Virus record (IMG/VR): IMGVR_UViG_2721755644_000004
DNA: 47,543 nt
Origin: a virus
Lineage: Duplodnaviria > Heunggongvirae > Uroviricota > Caudoviricetes
Strand: one strand, 5' to 3'
Positions 1 through 11,871 of the stretch are shown here, piece by piece; positions within the stretch are counted from its first letter, which is position 1, and each line of letters starts with the position of its first letter. The position numbers and the translations under genes are program-made. The notes under the pieces are model-generated. The model was not told where the DNA came from. It saw only the letters and a program-made list of their open reading frames with translations, and did no database searches.

Positions 1-267
1 TTACTCTGCAGGTGAAGTCGGCCACTCAATATCAGGTGCAGTTGATGTATCAACACGATTCAACAATACCCGATATTTATTCCATGCCTCCAGCAACGAT
101 CTTTCTTCCGCCGTTGCGATTTCCAGATCTACAGCATCCTGCAGTGGCGCAATATACTCACTGAATTCCTGGATGTAGAACTGTGTGGTGACGGTCTTCC
201 AGCCATTCGGCTCCTGCTGTATCGAAGCATACCAGGCTATTTCAATATCGCTATGCTGCGGCAGCAT
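1..267 (-). CDS. Tail fibre assembly protein C-terminal fragment or paralog (Tfa-like); possibly a remnant
   Basis: 88-aa ORF whose sequence parallels the C-terminal half of the full Tfa at 1047-1631 (shared ...[43 protein letters not shown]...); first ~45 bp of window nearly identical to 1060-1106. Confidence 0.5.
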   Translation of the reverse strand: MLPQHSDIEIAWYASIQQEPNGWKTVTTQFYIQEFSEYIAPLQDAVDLEIATAEERSLLEAWNKYRVLLNRVDTSTAPDIEWPTSPAE

Positions 268-323
268 TTAACCCCTTGTAATTCATCGCCATAATTGATT
301 TAATTCACAAATAAAACTATAAC

Positions 324-992
324 ATGGTGAAATCAATGAAAAAAAACACAGATGATGGGGCTAAAATTTACACACCACTTACCCTAAAGCTTTATGACTG
401 GTGGGTTTTGGGAGTATCAAATCGGCTTGCATGGGGATGTCCTACAAAGGAACACCTTCTTCCACACTTTCTGGAACATGTAGGTAACAACCATCTGGAT
501 ATTGGTGTTGGAACTGGGTTTTACCTTACTCACGTACCTGAGAGTAGTCTGATATCTTTAATGGATTTGAACGAAGCTAGCCTGAACGCGGCATCTACAA
601 GGGCTGGGGAATCAAAAATTAAACATAAAATTAGCCATGATGTTTTTGAACCTTATCCCGCGGCGTTACATGGTCAATTTGATTCCATTTCCATGTTTTA
701 CCTTCTTCACTGCCTGCCTGGAAATATATCTACAAAAAGCTGTGTAATACGCAATGCGGCGCAGGCCTTAACTGACGATGGAACTCTATACGGAGCCACA
801 ATTCTTGGCGATGGAGTTGTGCACAATAGCTTCGGTCAAAAACTGATGCGCATTTACAATCAGAAAGGCATCTTTTCAAACACAAAAGATTCCGAAGAAG
901 GCTTAACACATATACTCTCAGAGCATTTCGAGAATGTTAAAACCAAGGTTCAAGGTACTGTAGTAATGTTTTCCGCTTCAGGGAAAAAATAG
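324..992 (+). CDS. Class I SAM-dependent methyltransferase (Rossmann fold), AT-rich cargo gene; alternative start at 336 has the better SD
   Basis: Motif I hLDIGVGTGF, acidic residue after beta2 (LMDLNE), motif II-like FDSISMFYLLHCLP; low GC compared with flanking tail genes; sits between two tfa 3' segments. Confidence 0.75.
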   Translation: MVKSMKKNTDDGAKIYTPLTLKLYDWWVLGVSNRLAWGCPTKEHLLPHFLEHVGNNHLDIGVGTGFYLTHVPESSLISLMDLNEASLNAASTRAGESKIKHKISHDVFEPYPAALHGQFDSISMFYLLHCLPGNISTKSCVIRNAAQALTDDGTLYGATILGDGVVHNSFGQKLMRIYNQKGIFSNTKDSEEGLTHILSEHFENVKTKVQGTVVMFSASGKK

Positions 993-999
993 CATCCAA

Positions 1000-1032
1000 C
1001 CGCAGCACGTTCTTGCTTAAGACGTGCTGCGG
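1000..1032. terminator. 10-bp perfect inverted repeat hairpin (CCGCAGCACG-N13-CGTGCTGCGG) between methyltransferase and tfa; T-run on minus side
   Basis: Read directly from sequence; lies 3' of both convergent genes. Confidence 0.4.
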
Positions 1033-1046
1033 CATAATCCCAATGA

Positions 1047-1631
1047 TTACTCCCTGACAGGGTTCGTAGGCCACTCAATATCAGGTGCAGTTGATGTATC
1101 AACACGGTTCAGCAACACCCGATACTTCTTCCAGGCTTCCAGCAATGAGGTTTCTTCCTCCGTTGCAATTTCCAGATCTGCAGCATCCTGAAGCGGCGCA
1201 ATATGCTCACTGGCTACCTGCATCAGGTTGTTTTTTGTTTCTTCCGCCTCCCGGATCCGGAACAGTTTTTCTGCTTCCGTATCCTTCACCCAGGCTGTGC
1301 CGTTCCACTTCTGAAACTCCCCTTCCGGCGATAACCAGGTAACATTTTCCGGTAACGGACCGAGTTCAGAAATAAATAACGCGTCGCCGGAAGCCACGTC
1401 ATAAACCGTTTTACCCCGATGATCTTCAACGAGATGCCACGATGATTCATCACTGTTGAAAACAGCCACGAAGCCAGCCGGAATATCTGGCGGTGCAATA
1501 TCGGTACTGTTTGCTGGCAGACCTGTATGAGGCGGAATATATGCATCACCTTCACCAATAAATTCATTAGTTCCGGACAACAGATTATAAATTTTTATGG
1601 TCCGTGGTTGTTCACTCATTCTGAATGCCAT
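1047..1631 (-). CDS. tfa: Tail fibre assembly protein Tfa
   Basis: 194 aa, start overlaps stf stop (TAATG); matches lambda Tfa by eye and by position after stf. Confidence 0.9.
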   Translation of the reverse strand: MAFRMSEQPRTIKIYNLLSGTNEFIGEGDAYIPPHTGLPANSTDIAPPDIPAGFVAVFNSDESSWHLVEDHRGKTVYDVASGDALFISELGPLPENVTWLSPEGEFQKWNGTAWVKDTEAEKLFRIREAEETKNNLMQVASEHIAPLQDAADLEIATEEETSLLEAWKKYRVLLNRVDTSTAPDIEWPTNPVRE

Positions 1632-4600
1632 TATGCAAGCCTCACAATATAGTTAAATGCGATGTTTTTGACGGTGTTTTCCGCGTTACCAGCAGCGTTA
1701 ACGGTGATGGTGTGTCCATGTGAACCAATCGCAACGGAGTGCGTATGAGCACCAATACCGACAGTATGTGCATGTGCACCAGCATTTGCTGCAGTACCAG
1801 ACAGCGAGTGGGTATGAGCACCTGCTGACTGTGTCTGAATACGTTGATAATACGATCTACTGGAAGAAGTCTCCGGGCTTACTTGATACTGTGAATCCTT
1901 GACATAAGTGAACCCACCGCCATCATAAAATGCTAACGCAGAACCGCCGCCTCCCGGCCAACGAATACCATTACCATGAGTATGAGCACCGGCAGACCCC
2001 GTAGAGCCACTCAGACTGTGCGTATGCGACCCGATGTTATTCGTGGATTTAGTGCCGTAATCAAACGACGATGTGGTTTTCGTCCCCAAATCCGTACTGG
2101 ATGCGCTGGCGCTGTGGGTGTGCGATTTTATGCCGTCCCGTTCCTGAGACAATACGGCCCGGCCACTGGCGGGTTTGCCCTTGATTGTCCAGCCGCGCAT
2201 ATCTGGAATAACACCTGAAGGATAGGCAATAGCCAGTTTCGGATATGCTGCCTTATCAAACGTCTGCCCCTGCATGATTGCATAACCTGCAGGTGGTGTA
2301 TCTGATGGCCACGGCAGCGGAACACCTGGCGGAAACGCTTCAATATTTGCCGAGCCGTCAAATTTTACGCCGTTAATTGTCCTTGCAGTTTGCAATTTGG
2401 TTGCTGTGCTTGCATTACCCGATAAAGATCCAGTGATACCACCACTCGCGTTTAATTTAGTTGCAATTGTAACATTGCCAGTATGGTTACTAATTATAAA
2501 CGGCCTTAAGCTATTGTGCGTACCAAGACTGTTACCCGAATCTGTCAACATAAAATATGTGTTTGATCCATCATTTCGGATAAAGAATCCATAGTTGCCA
2601 TAGGCAATACGCAGACCATTTGCTGACCTTGAAATAACCTCACCAGCAGCAGTTAAACCACCTGAAAGAGTCCCTCCAGTTAATGCCAATGCCCCAATAT
2701 TTGAAGGGGTCAATGTGATATTTGCACTACCATCAAATGACACACCGTTAATCGTTCTGGCTGCCTGAAGTTTCGTGGCGGTCGCAGCATTACCTGTAGT
2801 GTTTTGATTACCGGTAGCGTTGACTCCAGGCAAGTTGATATCTGCCGATCCATCAAATGCCACGCCCCCAATCTTACGTGCTGTCTTGATCTTGGTCGCA
2901 GTATCTGCGTTTCCGGTCAAATTACCAGTAACACTACCACCAACTTTTAGTCCATTACCGATGGACACCAACCCTGATCTTAAGTTTATAGAGAATGGTC
3001 TTAATGAACCGATGTCTCCATTTTCCCCCTCCCCTTCATTAGTCGGAATAAGATGAAGATAATCTTCGGAACGCCTAAAAATAAGGCCAAAGGCTTGGTT
3101 GAATATTCGAAGAGCATTTATCGTGCTGATTTTTAACTGCCCTCCCATTGTGTCGCCAGTTTTTTGAACTGAACTATCTTTAACAGTTTTAACTGCCTTT
3201 GGCGTTGCCGCCAGCTTTTCACTGGTGCTGTTTGTTGCACTGCTGAGCTGTACTATCCCCTTTTTCGTCGTGCTCGCATCCTCAAGCCCCACGGCGGATG
3301 CAATATCCTCTGCCCGTTTTGCCGCTGTTTCGGCACGCGTTGCCGCGGATTCAGCAGCAACTTTGCTCTGAGATGCCGCCGTCGCACTGCCTGCCGCCTC
3401 TGATGCTTTCGTTGTTGCTGTCGTGGCACTACCTTTCGCTGCTGACGCTTGTCTGGTCGCCTCATCTTTTGAAGCAGACGCAGATGATGCCGATGACGCC
3501 GCTGAACTGGCTGACGATGCGGCTGCCGCCTTAGAGGAAGCAGCATTGTCTGCTGAAGTCTTTGCATTTGTTTCAGAGGTTTTTGCTGCAGAAGCAGACC
3601 TCGCTGCTGCAGTGGCTTGCTCAGTGGCTTTGCCAGCCTTCGTTGTGGCTGTTGAAGCGGATGATGCGGCGCTTTCTGCCGATTTTCCGGCGGCGGTGGC
3701 ACTGGCTGAGGCCTGCCCGGCACTTGTTGACGCGGCACTGGCAGATAATGCAGCCGCTGTTTTTGAACCTGCCGCAGCTGAGGCGCTCTGTCCCGCTGCT
3801 GTTTCAGAAGACTTAGCGTTCGTCTCGGACGTTTTTGCCGCCTTCGCGGAATTTCCTGCCGCCGTTGCCGAGGAAGCTGCACTACTGGCACTTGATGATG
3901 CATTCGTTTCTGAAGATTTCGCTGCCTCTTTTGAGGCCGCCGCACCCCGTGCCGAGGTGGCAGCTTCTGACGCCTTCGTGGTCGCTGTGGATGCAGAAGT
4001 GGCTGCCGATTTTTGTGATGCTGCGGCATTCGTTTCTGACGTTTTCGCGGCACTGGCGCTGGTAGCTGCCGCGCTTTTTGATGACTCTGCAGCAGCAGCA
4101 CTTTTTGCTGCTTCACGGGCCTTTGTCGATGCCGTTCCTGCGCTGGAAGACGCTGACTGAGCCGACGACGCGGCCTGTCCGGCTGACGTGCTGGCGGCAC
4201 GTGCTGAGGCTGCAGCATCGGTTGCATGAGTTGCCGCCTCGCTGGCTGATGCACTGGCATCGCTGGCTGATTTTTTCGCGGCTGCCGTATTCTGTGCAAC
4301 CGCGGAGGCGTTACGTGACACCTCTTCCACCATCTGCTCAAAGCGGCGCAGTGCCTCCGGTCGGACATCATCCTCCGTCATGGCACCGAGAAAATCATTC
4401 AGCGTACCTGGTCTGGAACCTTCATAGACGGTAATGGTCCCGGCATGTGAAGGCGGAAAACCTTCAACCAGCAGGGTGACGCTGTACTGGCCATGCTCAA
4501 CATCCATGCTGTAACGTCCGGCTTCATCCGGATTTTCAGAGGCCACCGTGTTCACCACCACCGTGCTGCTGGTTCGTCTGGCCTTCAGCACAATGGTGCA

Positions 4601-4657
4601 GTTCTGTACTGGTTTTCCTGTGCCATCTTTAAGCACGCCAGAAATTTTTACTGTCAT
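1631..4657 (-). CDS. stf: Side tail fibre protein Stf (1008 aa) with long Ala/Ser/Thr-rich repeat region and His-rich C-terminal HTHS motifs
   Basis: N-terminus [28 protein letters not shown]... and C-terminus ...[31 protein letters not shown] match lambda Stf as I recall it. Confidence 0.92.
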   Translation of the reverse strand: MTVKISGVLKDGTGKPVQNCTIVLKARRTSSTVVVNTVASENPDEAGRYSMDVEHGQYSVTLLVEGFPPSHAGTITVYEGSRPGTLNDFLGAMTEDDVRPEALRRFEQMVEEVSRNASAVAQNTAAAKKSASDASASASEAATHATDAAASARAASTSAGQAASSAQSASSSAGTASTKAREAAKSAAAAESSKSAAATSASAAKTSETNAAASQKSAATSASTATTKASEAATSARGAAASKEAAKSSETNASSSASSAASSATAAGNSAKAAKTSETNAKSSETAAGQSASAAAGSKTAAALSASAASTSAGQASASATAAGKSAESAASSASTATTKAGKATEQATAAARSASAAKTSETNAKTSADNAASSKAAAASSASSAASSASSASASKDEATRQASAAKGSATTATTKASEAAGSATAASQSKVAAESAATRAETAAKRAEDIASAVGLEDASTTKKGIVQLSSATNSTSEKLAATPKAVKTVKDSSVQKTGDTMGGQLKISTINALRIFNQAFGLIFRRSEDYLHLIPTNEGEGENGDIGSLRPFSINLRSGLVSIGNGLKVGGSVTGNLTGNADTATKIKTARKIGGVAFDGSADINLPGVNATGNQNTTGNAATATKLQAARTINGVSFDGSANITLTPSNIGALALTGGTLSGGLTAAGEVISRSANGLRIAYGNYGFFIRNDGSNTYFMLTDSGNSLGTHNSLRPFIISNHTGNVTIATKLNASGGITGSLSGNASTATKLQTARTINGVKFDGSANIEAFPPGVPLPWPSDTPPAGYAIMQGQTFDKAAYPKLAIAYPSGVIPDMRGWTIKGKPASGRAVLSQERDGIKSHTHSASASSTDLGTKTTSSFDYGTKSTNNIGSHTHSLSGSTGSAGAHTHGNGIRWPGGGGSALAFYDGGGFTYVKDSQYQVSPETSSSRSYYQRIQTQSAGAHTHSLSGTAANAGAHAHTVGIGAHTHSVAIGSHGHTITVNAAGNAENTVKNIAFNYIVRLA

Positions 4658-4671
4658 ACTTTTCCACCAAT

Positions 4672-4704
4672 AAAAAAAGCCCGCAGCAGTGACGCCACGG
4701 GCTT
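4672..4704 (-). terminator. Intrinsic terminator-like hairpin plus T-tract downstream of lom (minus strand)
   Basis: Minus strand reads AAGCCCG-N15-CGGGCTTTTTTTATT. Confidence 0.5.
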
Positions 4705-4808
4705 CAGGACAGTGTAACTTTACGTTTCCTCAAACGCAGTTCACCCCATAAGGTGGATGAACCTGCGTATCATAACAATATTTACAGAAGATAAATCGGC
4801 GTCTGTTG

Positions 4809-5408
4809 TCAGAAACGGTATCCGATACCAACAATAAATGCATCCGTTCGCCAGTCGCCACTACCGGAACCTTCATAAGCAAGGTCAATGGTTACGGATT
4901 CGGTCGGGTTAAACTGCACGCCAGCCCCCCACGCCAGAGACGTGTTGCTGTGGCGACCGTCATCACTTCCGGTCAGCACATCGTGCGTTTTCCCCTTGTT
5001 GTCAGTTACGCGGAGATAATCCCCGGAGAAAGTCGACACACGGCTGTAAGCCACACCCACCATCGCATACGCGCTGAACCATTCATTCACGCGTACAGAC
5101 GGCCCCGCCATCACGCTGAACCAGCGGTTACGCACGGAATCTTCATGCCAGCGGGTATCGCTGTAGTGCGTTTTTTGCTCATCCTCAGCATTGGCATAAC
5201 TGAAGGACGTAATCAGCCCCAGCGCGTCCGTAAACTCATAACGGTATTTCACGTTAATCCCGTTCAGATTATCGCTGCCGGGAGCGTTCGTACGGGCATG
5301 AAGATACCCCGCGCTCAGTGTGGACTGATGTTCAGACGCCCATGCAGGCGCACCGGATACGGACAGACAGATGGCTGCGGACAAAATGGCTGCACAAACT
5401 TTACGCAT
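4809..5408 (-). CDS. lom: Lom outer-membrane protein (Ail/Lom family beta-barrel)
   Basis: 199 aa with signal peptide; MRK..AAILSAAICL.VSGAPAWASEHQSTLSAGYLHA..NAPGSDNLNGINVKYRYEF and C-terminal ..AYEGSGSGDWRTD.FIVG.GY.F as in lambda Lom. Confidence 0.92.
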   Translation of the reverse strand: MRKVCAAILSAAICLSVSGAPAWASEHQSTLSAGYLHARTNAPGSDNLNGINVKYRYEFTDALGLITSFSYANAEDEQKTHYSDTRWHEDSVRNRWFSVMAGPSVRVNEWFSAYAMVGVAYSRVSTFSGDYLRVTDNKGKTHDVLTGSDDGRHSNTSLAWGAGVQFNPTESVTIDLAYEGSGSGDWRTDAFIVGIGYRF

Positions 5409-5429
5409 AATTACCTCTCGCTTTTCTGC

Positions 5430-5458
5430 AATAAAAAAGGCGCCATTTCTGGCGCCCG
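5430..5458 (-). terminator. tJ-like intrinsic terminator after J
   Basis: Minus strand: GGCGCC-agaaat-GGCGCC followed by TTTTTTATT, immediately 3' of J stop. Confidence 0.55.
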
Positions 5459-5475
5459 TATTGGGGTTATAAAAT

Positions 5476-8400
5476 TCAGCTAATCGTGATGCCTGCAGTG
5501 GCTTTCTTCATCACAACAACCAGCAAATCGCTGATACTTGCTGTGGGATACCAGCCATTTACCCACCATGCTGATACAGAAAACTCCAGCGTCATGTGGC
5601 CGCGACCAGCAGGCATATCAATAACACCACTGTAAACCAGCGTATTATCCAGCGCGGTACGGTTATAAATTTCAGCACCGTTTTTCCGTACTATCAGGCG
5701 GCATGACGAATAAATATCGTTATTCTCCCGCTCATGTCTGGCACCGCTGAATGCCACCGCCGGAATAACAATTTGCCGGTCAAACGGCTGATCGTCATAA
5801 ACCCTGACGGTAATGGTCCCTGATGGCCACCTCTCCGGTGCACGGGAGTCACGGGGGAAAGCCTTACCCACTGTTTTAACGAGATCGCCTTCAATCTGGT
5901 TTGCAGACAGTTTCCCTCTGATGACACAGTTCTCGTTAATGGTGACATTATTGAGCGTGCCGGTATTCGCCGTGATGGCTCCACTGATATCCGCATTGCG
6001 GGCTGTCAGCCTGCCATCCGGCGTCAGGGAAAACGTAGGAGGATTGCCGGATGACGTGATGCTCACCGCAAACAGTCGCTTCAGGAACACGTCGTTCATG
6101 AACAGCTGATTCCCCTGCGCCACAAACAGCGGCGTGGTGTTGCCATTCTCCGGGGTAATCATCGCGATACGGTCCGCCTGCAGCAGAATACTGCTCAGCG
6201 TCTGACCATCAACATCCTCAATCCCCGCACCAATCCCGGCCACATAGGGAATACCGTTTTTTGTTTTCTGCACCTTCAGCATATACATGGCATTCAGCTC
6301 ATTGCGCGTGTCTGACTGAACCCGCTGGATTTGCTGTATGGTCACGGCCTGGTCACCCAGTTTTTTATCCGTGGTCGAGGTAATTTCACTCCCTTTTTTA
6401 TCCACGTACTGGCGGACCTGTGCTATCTGTCGGGCATTTTCTGACTGCCCCTGGCTGACAGTCTGTGAGATTTCACTGCTCACCCGGTCCACTTTCTGGC
6501 TCACCTGCGCGATGGCCAGTGTCTGGTCCTCATTCTTTTTCGCAACCAGCTGCGTGAGGCTGTTTTCCGCCTCCCCGATTTTCCGGGTCACTTCTGCGAT
6601 ATCCGTGTCCATCCGCTGACGGATGTCTTCTTCCAGTTGCGTGACCTCCGTACGCAGCGCTGAAGCATCAATGCGCTCTTTCAGTGCCTGGCCCAGAAGC
6701 GTCTCATCTATCAGCCCCCGGAAAATTTCCAGATACCCTTCACCATCATTGCTGGGCTGCCCGCTGGCTTCCACAAAAGCAGATTTTCCCACCAGGTTGA
6801 CGCTTCGCACGTAAAACCAGAAATCCGTCCCCGGCTTAATCCGGCTCCCCTGGACAGTCCACTGACTGCCGGTCCCCAGATAACGGGCAGATTTTTCCAC
6901 CTGTGCCGTGTTCGTGATGCGTTTTTCTGAGAACCAGAATTCAAACTGTACCGTCGGGTCATACACCGCAAGACGCGGGACCGCCGTTATCTGAAAATAC
7001 CCCGGCGTCAGCTCAATGGTGGCGGGTTTTGCAGGCGCGTTAATCCGGAAGGTGGTGGTCGCAGGTTCGCCCTGCTGGCCGTAGCTGTTAATGGCCCGCA
7101 CCGTCAGGGTGTATTCCCCCAGTGGCAGGCCGCTGAAACGGTGCTCCGTGTCTGCGGTGATGGCGGTGGTCACCAGTCTGGCATCCGTTCCCTTACCACT
7201 GGTCAGGCGCAGACTGAAGCGCACGCCCTTCACCACCCGCGGCGTGTCCCATTTCGCCTGCGCCAGATACTGTCCGTCAGCTGCGCTCACCTCCACCGTC
7301 AGGTGCTGCACTGCCGGTGGGATGACGCTGTTCAGGGAACCTGACTGCGGCTCAAAGCGGGCACCGTTATCCACGATGGCTTCTTTTTCCGGTACGTGCT
7401 GCACCGCCGTGATGGCAAAGGTGCCGTCCGTGTTTTCCCGGACGGAGACACAGCGGAACAGGCGACGGCGCAGTGACGGCAGGGAGAGTCCCCACACCCC
7501 GTATGTCTCCACACCATCAGGCAGGGTACTGACCTGTATCCGGTCAGGCGCGGGGTGTGCGGTGATGGCCACGCTCGCCGGCTTACCGCTGCCGTTAATC
7601 AGATTAACAGTGGCCGTGCCGGTCTCCGGCAGTGTCACCTCCCGGTCCAGCGTCAGGGTACGGCTGGCGGCATCGATGGACAGGACACGTCCGCCGGTCA
7701 TGGTCCCGGCATAGTCGTTATCACAGATTTCAATGATGTCACCGGGTGTGTGACGCAGCCCCTGTGACCCGAGCGTGAAATCCACCGTCTGCGTTTCCAG
7801 CAGTTCGGTCTTTATCACCCACAGCCCGGCACGGTGGGCCTGACCGCGGCTGGTACAGCCGAACGCGTCCATCTTCAGCAGGTTGCGTCCGTAGCGCAGT
7901 ATGGCTTCCGGGTCTTCCACCAGTTCCGTGGAGGTCTGCCAGCCGTTCTGCGGGTCGGTGTAATTCACCTCCACTGCCGTGTGCCGGTCCTTCAGGGCAC
8001 TGAAGCTGTAGCGGAAACCCACGCCGTTATCATCCACCACCACATCGCTGTTGGTGTACGGCCACACCACATCCGACGGGCGGTCCTGAACGAACGTCAG
8101 CGTCTGACCGTTCCATACCGGCATACAGCGCATCGCAGAGCAGAAATCACTGAGAACGTCCCACGCCTTACGCTGTTGTGCCAGGTACGCATTAAAGGTC
8201 ATCCGCGGCTCGGTCCCCCCGAAACCATCCGGGACCGTCTGGTCGCAGTACTGCCCGATGGCATACAGCGCCCACTTGTCCACATCCGCCGCCCCCAGAC
8301 GTTTTCCCATGCCGTAGCGCGGGTGAGTCAGCATGTCCCACAGGCACCAGGCCGGGTTGTTGCTGTATGCCGGTTTCAGACTGCCGTCCCAGATACCACT

Positions 8401-9168
8401 GTACGTGCGTTTTTCCGGGTCATAGTTTGACGGCACCTGGATGATGCGACCGCGGATATGGTAGTTCACCGTCATCTGCTGGCCGCCGAACTGCTCCGCA
8501 TCCACCTGCAGCCCCACAATGGCCGTGTTCGGGTAGCACTGTTTCACATCGATGATTTCGGTGTATGACGACCACAGCGTCTTATTCTGCAGCTGGTCCG
8601 TGGTGCTGTCCGCCGTCTCCCTGACCATCCGGATGTTAAAGGGCCGGGGAGGCAGATTATCCAGAATCACCGAGGCCAGGAACTGCGAGGTGGTCTTGCC
8701 GTTAATGGTGACATCCTTTTCCGTCACCCAGCGGCCATTACGCTGTAACTGAATCAGAATCCGGACAGAGGAAGGATTACGGTCGCCCTTTGACGTGGTC
8801 TGCACCAGTGACTGCACCCCGAAGGTAACCCGCAGGCGGTCAATGTTCGCGGACGTAATGGTGCGCGTCACCGGTTTTGCCTTCGTCACTTCCACGCCCA
8901 GTCCGGTTTCAGCACCGGAGGACTCAAAGCCTTCCGGTGGTGTCTGCTCCTGCTCCCCGGCGCGCCAGACCGCCGTCACACCGTGTATCACGGGATTACC
9001 GTCCGTGTCCGTCAGCGGGGTTTTGTTCACCAGGATACTCTGCAGTCCCTTCACCGGACCTTCTATCGGTCCCTCACCAATCGCATCAATCACGCTCATC
9101 ATCTGCGTGGATTTGAGATTATCCTTCGCCTCACGAGGCGTGTGTGCCTTACCGCCACCTTTTCCCAT
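5476..9168 (-). CDS. J: Tail tip/host specificity protein J (central tail fibre), 1230 aa
   Basis: N-terminus [39 protein letters not shown] and extensive colinearity with lambda J; longer than lambda J as I recall it. Confidence 0.95.
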   Translation of the reverse strand: MGKGGGKAHTPREAKDNLKSTQMMSVIDAIGEGPIEGPVKGLQSILVNKTPLTDTDGNPVIHGVTAVWRAGEQEQTPPEGFESSGAETGLGVEVTKAKPVTRTITSANIDRLRVTFGVQSLVQTTSKGDRNPSSVRILIQLQRNGRWVTEKDVTINGKTTSQFLASVILDNLPPRPFNIRMVRETADSTTDQLQNKTLWSSYTEIIDVKQCYPNTAIVGLQVDAEQFGGQQMTVNYHIRGRIIQVPSNYDPEKRTYSGIWDGSLKPAYSNNPAWCLWDMLTHPRYGMGKRLGAADVDKWALYAIGQYCDQTVPDGFGGTEPRMTFNAYLAQQRKAWDVLSDFCSAMRCMPVWNGQTLTFVQDRPSDVVWPYTNSDVVVDDNGVGFRYSFSALKDRHTAVEVNYTDPQNGWQTSTELVEDPEAILRYGRNLLKMDAFGCTSRGQAHRAGLWVIKTELLETQTVDFTLGSQGLRHTPGDIIEICDNDYAGTMTGGRVLSIDAASRTLTLDREVTLPETGTATVNLINGSGKPASVAITAHPAPDRIQVSTLPDGVETYGVWGLSLPSLRRRLFRCVSVRENTDGTFAITAVQHVPEKEAIVDNGARFEPQSGSLNSVIPPAVQHLTVEVSAADGQYLAQAKWDTPRVVKGVRFSLRLTSGKGTDARLVTTAITADTEHRFSGLPLGEYTLTVRAINSYGQQGEPATTTFRINAPAKPATIELTPGYFQITAVPRLAVYDPTVQFEFWFSEKRITNTAQVEKSARYLGTGSQWTVQGSRIKPGTDFWFYVRSVNLVGKSAFVEASGQPSNDGEGYLEIFRGLIDETLLGQALKERIDASALRTEVTQLEEDIRQRMDTDIAEVTRKIGEAENSLTQLVAKKNEDQTLAIAQVSQKVDRVSSEISQTVSQGQSENARQIAQVRQYVDKKGSEITSTTDKKLGDQAVTIQQIQRVQSDTRNELNAMYMLKVQKTKNGIPYVAGIGAGIEDVDGQTLSSILLQADRIAMITPENGNTTPLFVAQGNQLFMNDVFLKRLFAVSITSSGNPPTFSLTPDGRLTARNADISGAITANTGTLNNVTINENCVIRGKLSANQIEGDLVKTVGKAFPRDSRAPERWPSGTITVRVYDDQPFDRQIVIPAVAFSGARHERENNDIYSSCRLIVRKNGAEIYNRTALDNTLVYSGVIDMPAGRGHMTLEFSVSAWWVNGWYPTASISDLLVVVMKKATAGITIS

Positions 9169-9511
9169 ACAGCCTTCCCCTGAATAAATTAACCGCCACT
9201 TGCCATTCCGTACAGAAGTCGGATATCCTTCGCCCGAAAAGCATGAAACACATTTCTGCCATGCTAAAGAGAAACCCCGGTATCAGCAGATACCGGGGTT
9301 TTCTTTCATGCCCACCGATAATCCTGTTGGTTAAAACCGGTAATGGCATAAAAATTCTGAATATCTTCACATTTTCACAAACTGACTGTGGCGCGTATAA
9401 TTTCTCTGCGTTAATTTTTTTGTCGTGATATAAGAATAATTCCTTACACTTAATCTTCGTAACTCTCCCGCAGTTCCTGTCCGCGATCACTGCGGGATTT
9501 TTTTATTCTTT

Positions 9512-10192
9512 TTACCCCTGCCGCCCGATAACCACGACCTTTCCGCCCCCGCCTTCATCACGGGTGCTGATGTCCTGGGATATACGGCGGGAGCCAACCA
9601 GCATTTCCCCGTAAGGCACCGGCATCGGGTTCCCCTGGGCAATCATGTTATCCAGTGAGGAAAAGTACGTGTTCTGTCTGCCGTTATCCGTTGCGCGGTA
9701 ATCCGGTGTTTTTGCCTTCGGGGCCAGCATCTGGGCCACACCGCCCAGAATCATGCTGGCTCCAAGTGAAAACAGCATCGTGGTGGCAGAAAAACCACCG
9801 GCTGCCAGGGCTGAACCCCATAACGCCATTGATGCCCCGGCAGTGAAGAAAGAGCCCACGATGGCTGCCGCCCCCAGCACAATCTGCAGTCCACCCTTTC
9901 CGGCCCCGGCCAGTCGCGGCACAATGTGGATGACCGTTCCCTCACCCAGCTGTTCGTGAAGACGGGCGTACACCGCCTCCGGTGCCGTGTCATAACCGGC
10001 AATACGTATCTGGTACCAGCCTTCGTTCATCTGACGGCGAAAGCCCGGCATCTGCATCGACAGGGCGCGAATGGCTTCCGCTGCCGTGTTCACATACAGG
10101 CTGAGGCGGCGGCCAAATCGTTGTAAATCCCCGTGAAGGCAGATGCGTGCCAGTGGCGGTGACGCCAGACTGAATGCGTTCGTCGTTGCCAT
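9512..10192 (-). CDS. I: Tail assembly protein I
   Basis: 226 aa; ..LASP..ARICL.GDLQRFGRR...AEAIRAL..Q.P.FR...GWYQ.RIAG.. and Gly/Ala-rich hydrophobic core as in lambda I. Confidence 0.9.
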   Translation of the reverse strand: MATTNAFSLASPPLARICLHGDLQRFGRRLSLYVNTAAEAIRALSMQMPGFRRQMNEGWYQIRIAGYDTAPEAVYARLHEQLGEGTVIHIVPRLAGAGKGGLQIVLGAAAIVGSFFTAGASMALWGSALAAGGFSATTMLFSLGASMILGGVAQMLAPKAKTPDYRATDNGRQNTYFSSLDNMIAQGNPMPVPYGEMLVGSRRISQDISTRDEGGGGKVVVIGRQG

Positions 10193-10833
10193 TTTTCGGA
10201 ATACCTCTCCCGTTTACTCAGTTGTTCAGGCAGATGGTGAAGCAGCTCACCGTTGCCGCAGTAAATGGCGGCATGGTTCGGTACCGAAGCACCAAAGCAG
10301 CACAGCAGAATATCGCCCGCCTGTGCAGAGGACAGGGGCACCCGGTAAAAGCCGGTGACCGCCATATTGTCCAGGTAAAGGTTCTGGCCGTTGCGCCACC
10401 AGTCATCCTCGCGATGAAAATCCGGCATTTCAGTCCCCGCCAGATGATAAGCATCCCGGAACAGCGTGTAACAGTCCGTCACCCCGTGCTCAAAGCGCCG
10501 TCCTGTCAGATGTGGCACACAGCGGAATTTGTGAATGTCACCCCGGCAGACCAGCCACCAGGGCAGTGCGCTTTTTATCTGCAGCCGCCGGTCAGCCTCG
10601 CTCAGCCAGGGCAGCCCACCGGGATGACTGTGGACCAGTGCCACAATCTCCCCCTGCATCTCTGCCCGCAGCCAGTCTTCCGGTGCGATACGAAAATACG
10701 CCTCCGGCTCTGCAGAAATATTCACACAAGGGATATACCACTCCCCCTCCGGCGTGCTTATCACGAAGCCGCACGACTCCGCAGGCGCACACCGCCGGGC
10801 ATGCGCCAGAATCGCTGATTCAGTCTGTGTCAT
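10090..10833 (-). CDS. K: Tail assembly protein K (NlpC/P60 + JAMM-like)
   Basis: Starts MTQTESAILAHARRCAPAESCGFV...; HSHPGG motif; track ORF extends further upstream but that part overlaps L, so trimmed to the ATG at 10833. Confidence 0.88.
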   Translation of the reverse strand: MTQTESAILAHARRCAPAESCGFVISTPEGEWYIPCVNISAEPEAYFRIAPEDWLRAEMQGEIVALVHSHPGGLPWLSEADRRLQIKSALPWWLVCRGDIHKFRCVPHLTGRRFEHGVTDCYTLFRDAYHLAGTEMPDFHREDDWWRNGQNLYLDNMAVTGFYRVPLSSAQAGDILLCCFGASVPNHAAIYCGNGELLHHLPEQLSKRERYSEKWQRRTHSVWRHRHWHASAFTGIYNDLAAASACM

Positions 10834-10843
10834 AAACCGGGAT

Positions 10844-11542
10844 TTACTGCGAAAGTTTATTAATGGAAAGGAAACCGCCAAAATTGCCGACATTCCTGCG
10901 CAGTTCACACCCGCGCATGCACTTGCTGCATCTGTCCTTACGGATATCCGTGGTGGGGTTGTCGAACTCATCCGCCACCGCAGGACCGTTATACCCGCAT
11001 TCATCTCCCCGGTAATCCCACATACAGGTGTTCGCCAGCATGATGCGACCGGGAAACAGCGCCCCGTCCGTCTCGGTCGGTGTAGCCAGCACAAACGAGG
11101 CCGTCATGGCTGTCAGCTGCGACATCTGCTCCACCACCCAGCGGTCACTCAGCTCCTGCTCCGGGTCCGCCTCCGGATTGCCCGCAACGAAATTCACCGC
11201 ATCCAGAAAACGGGCATACACCCGGCGGCGGACCACCGTGGCCCCCACCAGACTCTGCAGGTCTTCCGCCATCCCGGTGACCAGACCGAACAGATTGGAC
11301 ACCGTCAGCGACGGTCTGGCACTGCTGCCCCGGCCGTTCATCTCAAAGCCGCTGCCGTCAATCGGGTATGCCTCATACTTACGCCCCTGCCAGGTGACCG
11401 GCTCCCCTTTTTCATTCAGCTCATTACAGAAAAAATACCGCTCACCACCCTGTACCGTCAGGTCGATTTCCCAGAGTACCACCCGCGGTGACTGCTCTGA
11501 CTTAACCGACTCGTTCAGACTTTCTTCGCGAATATCCTGCAT
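10844..11542 (-). CDS. L: Tail tip assembly protein L
   Basis: 232 aa, lambda L-like, position between M and K. Confidence 0.9.
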   Translation of the reverse strand: MQDIREESLNESVKSEQSPRVVLWEIDLTVQGGERYFFCNELNEKGEPVTWQGRKYEAYPIDGSGFEMNGRGSSARPSLTVSNLFGLVTGMAEDLQSLVGATVVRRRVYARFLDAVNFVAGNPEADPEQELSDRWVVEQMSQLTAMTASFVLATPTETDGALFPGRIMLANTCMWDYRGDECGYNGPAVADEFDNPTTDIRKDRCSKCMRGCELRRNVGNFGGFLSINKLSQ

Positions 11543-11871
11543 CAGTTCACCACCTGCTTAAACTCCGCGCTGAACTCAACGCGCAACATCCCGACCCGTG
11601 CAGACCACCCGGCACAGGTCACCTTTATCTGCCGGTATGCATAGGGTGGCTTCCACAAAAATGCCTTCCAGCCACCGTGCTCTGCCAGGAACGCTTCCAG
11701 ATGCCGGGCCTCCTCCCGGGTCACGGAAAGCGTCACCCTGTATGTTTTCAGGTCAGCATTCAGCCCTGCCGCCATACGCTGTGAGTACCCGTCACCAAAA
11801 CGCACTTCACGCACCGATGGCTGCGAGTTCACCTCCATATCCGGCTTCACTTTCCAGCGAAAGGTTTTCAT
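11542..11871 (-). CDS. M: Minor tail protein M
   Basis: 109 aa, lambda M-like; overlaps H stop and L start as in lambda. Confidence 0.9.
   Translation of the reverse strand: MKTFRWKVKPDMEVNSQPSVREVRFGDGYSQRMAAGLNADLKTYRVTLSVTREEARHLEAFLAEHGGWKAFLWKPPYAYRQIKVTCAGWSARVGMLRVEFSAEFKQVVN

Noticed and set aside
3423-4160. 245-aa Ala/Asp-rich ORF on plus strand
   Set aside because: Antisense shadow of the repetitive GC-rich Ala/Ser-coding region of stf; composition is low-complexity and it lies entirely inside a well-supported gene
3253-4371. 372-aa Arg/Gln/Pro-rich ORF on minus strand in alternate frame
   Set aside because: Alternate-frame artefact of the stf repeat region; implausible protein composition
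7091-8430. Several 60-200-aa plus-strand ORFs inside J
   Set aside because: Antisense ORFs within the well-supported J gene; GC-rich frames commonly stay open
10834-11094. N-terminal extension of the K ORF (track ORF 10090-11094)
   Set aside because: Extension overlaps the L gene in another frame; the internal ATG at 10833 matches the lambda K start (MTQTES...)
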